Shown here: positions 62,768 to 64,000 of the stretch, piece by piece | Position numbering within the stretch: position 1 is the first letter of the stretch | How the letters are laid out: the number at the start of each line of letters is the position of its first letter | From: Amoebidium appalachense | Taxonomy: Eukaryota; Protista; Ichthyosporea | Length of the DNA: 64,000 nucleotides | Direction: 5' to 3' | Assembly (NCBI GenBank): GCA_963693365.1 | Contig: CAVNZM010000004.1 | Coordinates: 14,506,524-14,570,523, forward strand | Translations under genes and position numbers: made by a program | Notes under the pieces: generated by a model | Told to the model about the DNA's origin: nothing | Database searches by the model: none | Seen by the model: the letters and a program-made list of their open reading frames with translations, nothing else

Positions 62768-63067
62768 TCAGTTTTGGCTGGTACAAACGGGTTGCTCCCT
62801 TGCATGGCGCTCCAAACATTCGGTTATCCATGCCTGACATTCGCTACTGCCCCACGCTGGGTATACAGAACCAGTGTGCACAATCTGACATACAGGCCTG
62901 ATTTGCTCCCCTGCAGCAATCTCAATTTCCTGTTCACTCTGGTCACCACTTATTTGTGGCGGTGATTGCGTTTGCGAGAGCAGAAATTGTGCGCTTAGTA
63001 CTAGCAGAAGTAAAGCCCACCACCACAACGTAAGTGGGGTAAGGGCAGCGTGTCTGACCCTGCCCAT
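62768..63067 (-). CDS. Possible small secreted protein (~99 aa)
   Basis: MGRVRHAALTPLTLWWWALLLLVLSAQFLLS signal-like N-terminus and four Cys in the mature part. No recognised homology. Confidence 0.35.
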   Translation of the reverse strand: MGRVRHAALTPLTLWWWALLLLVLSAQFLLSQTQSPPQISGDQSEQEIEIAAGEQIRPVCQIVHTGSVYPAWGSSECQAWITECLERHAREQPVCTSQN

Positions 63068-63614
63068 TTTCAAAGGATGAGAAACACGTAGCTGCAGCTG
63101 CAATGAGAAGAAAAAGGCCGCAGCCACTGCCACACTACACGCCGCAGTGTATTGTATAGTAGCAGGTATCACGTGGTACTGCAACGACTTTCTGCATTGA
63201 AATTAGCGAGCCTACCCAAGAATGATTGTGCTAAAATTTTTCGGGTTTGCCGTTTACATACCGTCACACCATACTGAGTCGGCACACGCGAGGCGCCCGC
63301 CGGCCGGGCCATGCGGGGCGATTTGGCGCCAAAGTTTGCGCAAACTATGTAAACCATAGGTGCACTGAATTCAAGTTGCACTGAATTGAATTTACATGAG
63401 CACTGGCGACACCGACGAGCTTTTGCACTGAATTCGATGCACTGAATCATCATGGGGTTTACACACTTTTTATTGCGTGGACATTGCCGGAGGCCCAGCC
63501 ACATTCGACGGCCTACTGCGTTTTCCAGCACAGCCAATCAAATGCAGCCAGTGACATATGTACATGCTAGGCAACAATGAGCGCCATCGTAGGATCTGAC
63601 ACCCCTATTACATA

Positions 63615-63989
63615 TTATGGGTAAGCAGATGCTAGCATCGGTAGCTCCGACAGAAAGTTAAGGCACCGGATCACAATATCATACTGTGCAGCATTAATAA
63701 GGTGATCTAGGATAGTCATCTTAAAACGGATATATTGAGGAAGAGATGAAGAAAAGAGAATAAAACCGCCAATAACCTCCGGTTCTAATACATTAGCTAA
63801 CAGGTTGCATTTATTGATAGATATGCAGCCGCGAGTAAACCGCCCCCCACACATATTACACATACGAGCAGGAGACACCAGAAACCGATTACACCGCCAA
63901 GCCATAATCATCTTTGCGTTTTTACACCACACCACATTACGAATAAACGAATCTATGTATGAACGAGACTCTCTAACCGTATCCGCCAT
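63615..63989 (-). CDS. Hypothetical intronless ORF (124 aa), AT-richer than host genes
   Basis: ATG-to-TAA ORF of complex sequence with CxxC, free of microsatellites, at the window edge. Confidence 0.35.
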   Translation of the reverse strand: MADTVRESRSYIDSFIRNVVWCKNAKMIMAWRCNRFLVSPARMCNMCGGRFTRGCISINKCNLLANVLEPEVIGGFILFSSSLPQYIRFKMTILDHLINAAQYDIVIRCLNFLSELPMLASAYP

Positions 63990-64000
63990 ATAGGCTACTA

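Overview
Eukaryotic (opisthokont-like, intron-rich) genomic DNA. It is dominated by (CA)n/(GT)n microsatellites and long G/C homopolymers, so most entries in the ORF track are spurious. Manual splicing recovers five conserved multi-exon genes: BMS1 (30 exons, minus), TFIIA small subunit (minus) head-to-head with a KLHDC2-like Kelch/BC-box gene (plus), and CSN1/GPS1 (12 exons, minus) head-to-head with AK6/Fap7 (plus). Between them (about 33-48 kb) lies an accessory-looking block with a disabled F-box/LRR gene, an intronless prokaryote-like hypothetical gene (HGT candidate), an intronless secreted protein with a 10-Cys repeat, a hAT-like MITE with an 8-bp TSD and two probable non-LTR retroelement 3' ends. 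The most unusual signals concern splicing. These are tandem duplications that repeatedly copy 3' splice sites (decoy or recursive AG|GT sites), a donor consensus shifted to GTRCG, two GC-AG introns, (CA)n tracts in place of polypyrimidine tracts, an apparent CG acceptor at the last BMS1 exon, and a ~190-nt four-way-junction RNA candidate in a CSN1 intron. Homology calls are from recognition of motifs, not database searches. The organism may be a unicellular holozoan such as an ichthyosporean, but that is a weak inference.
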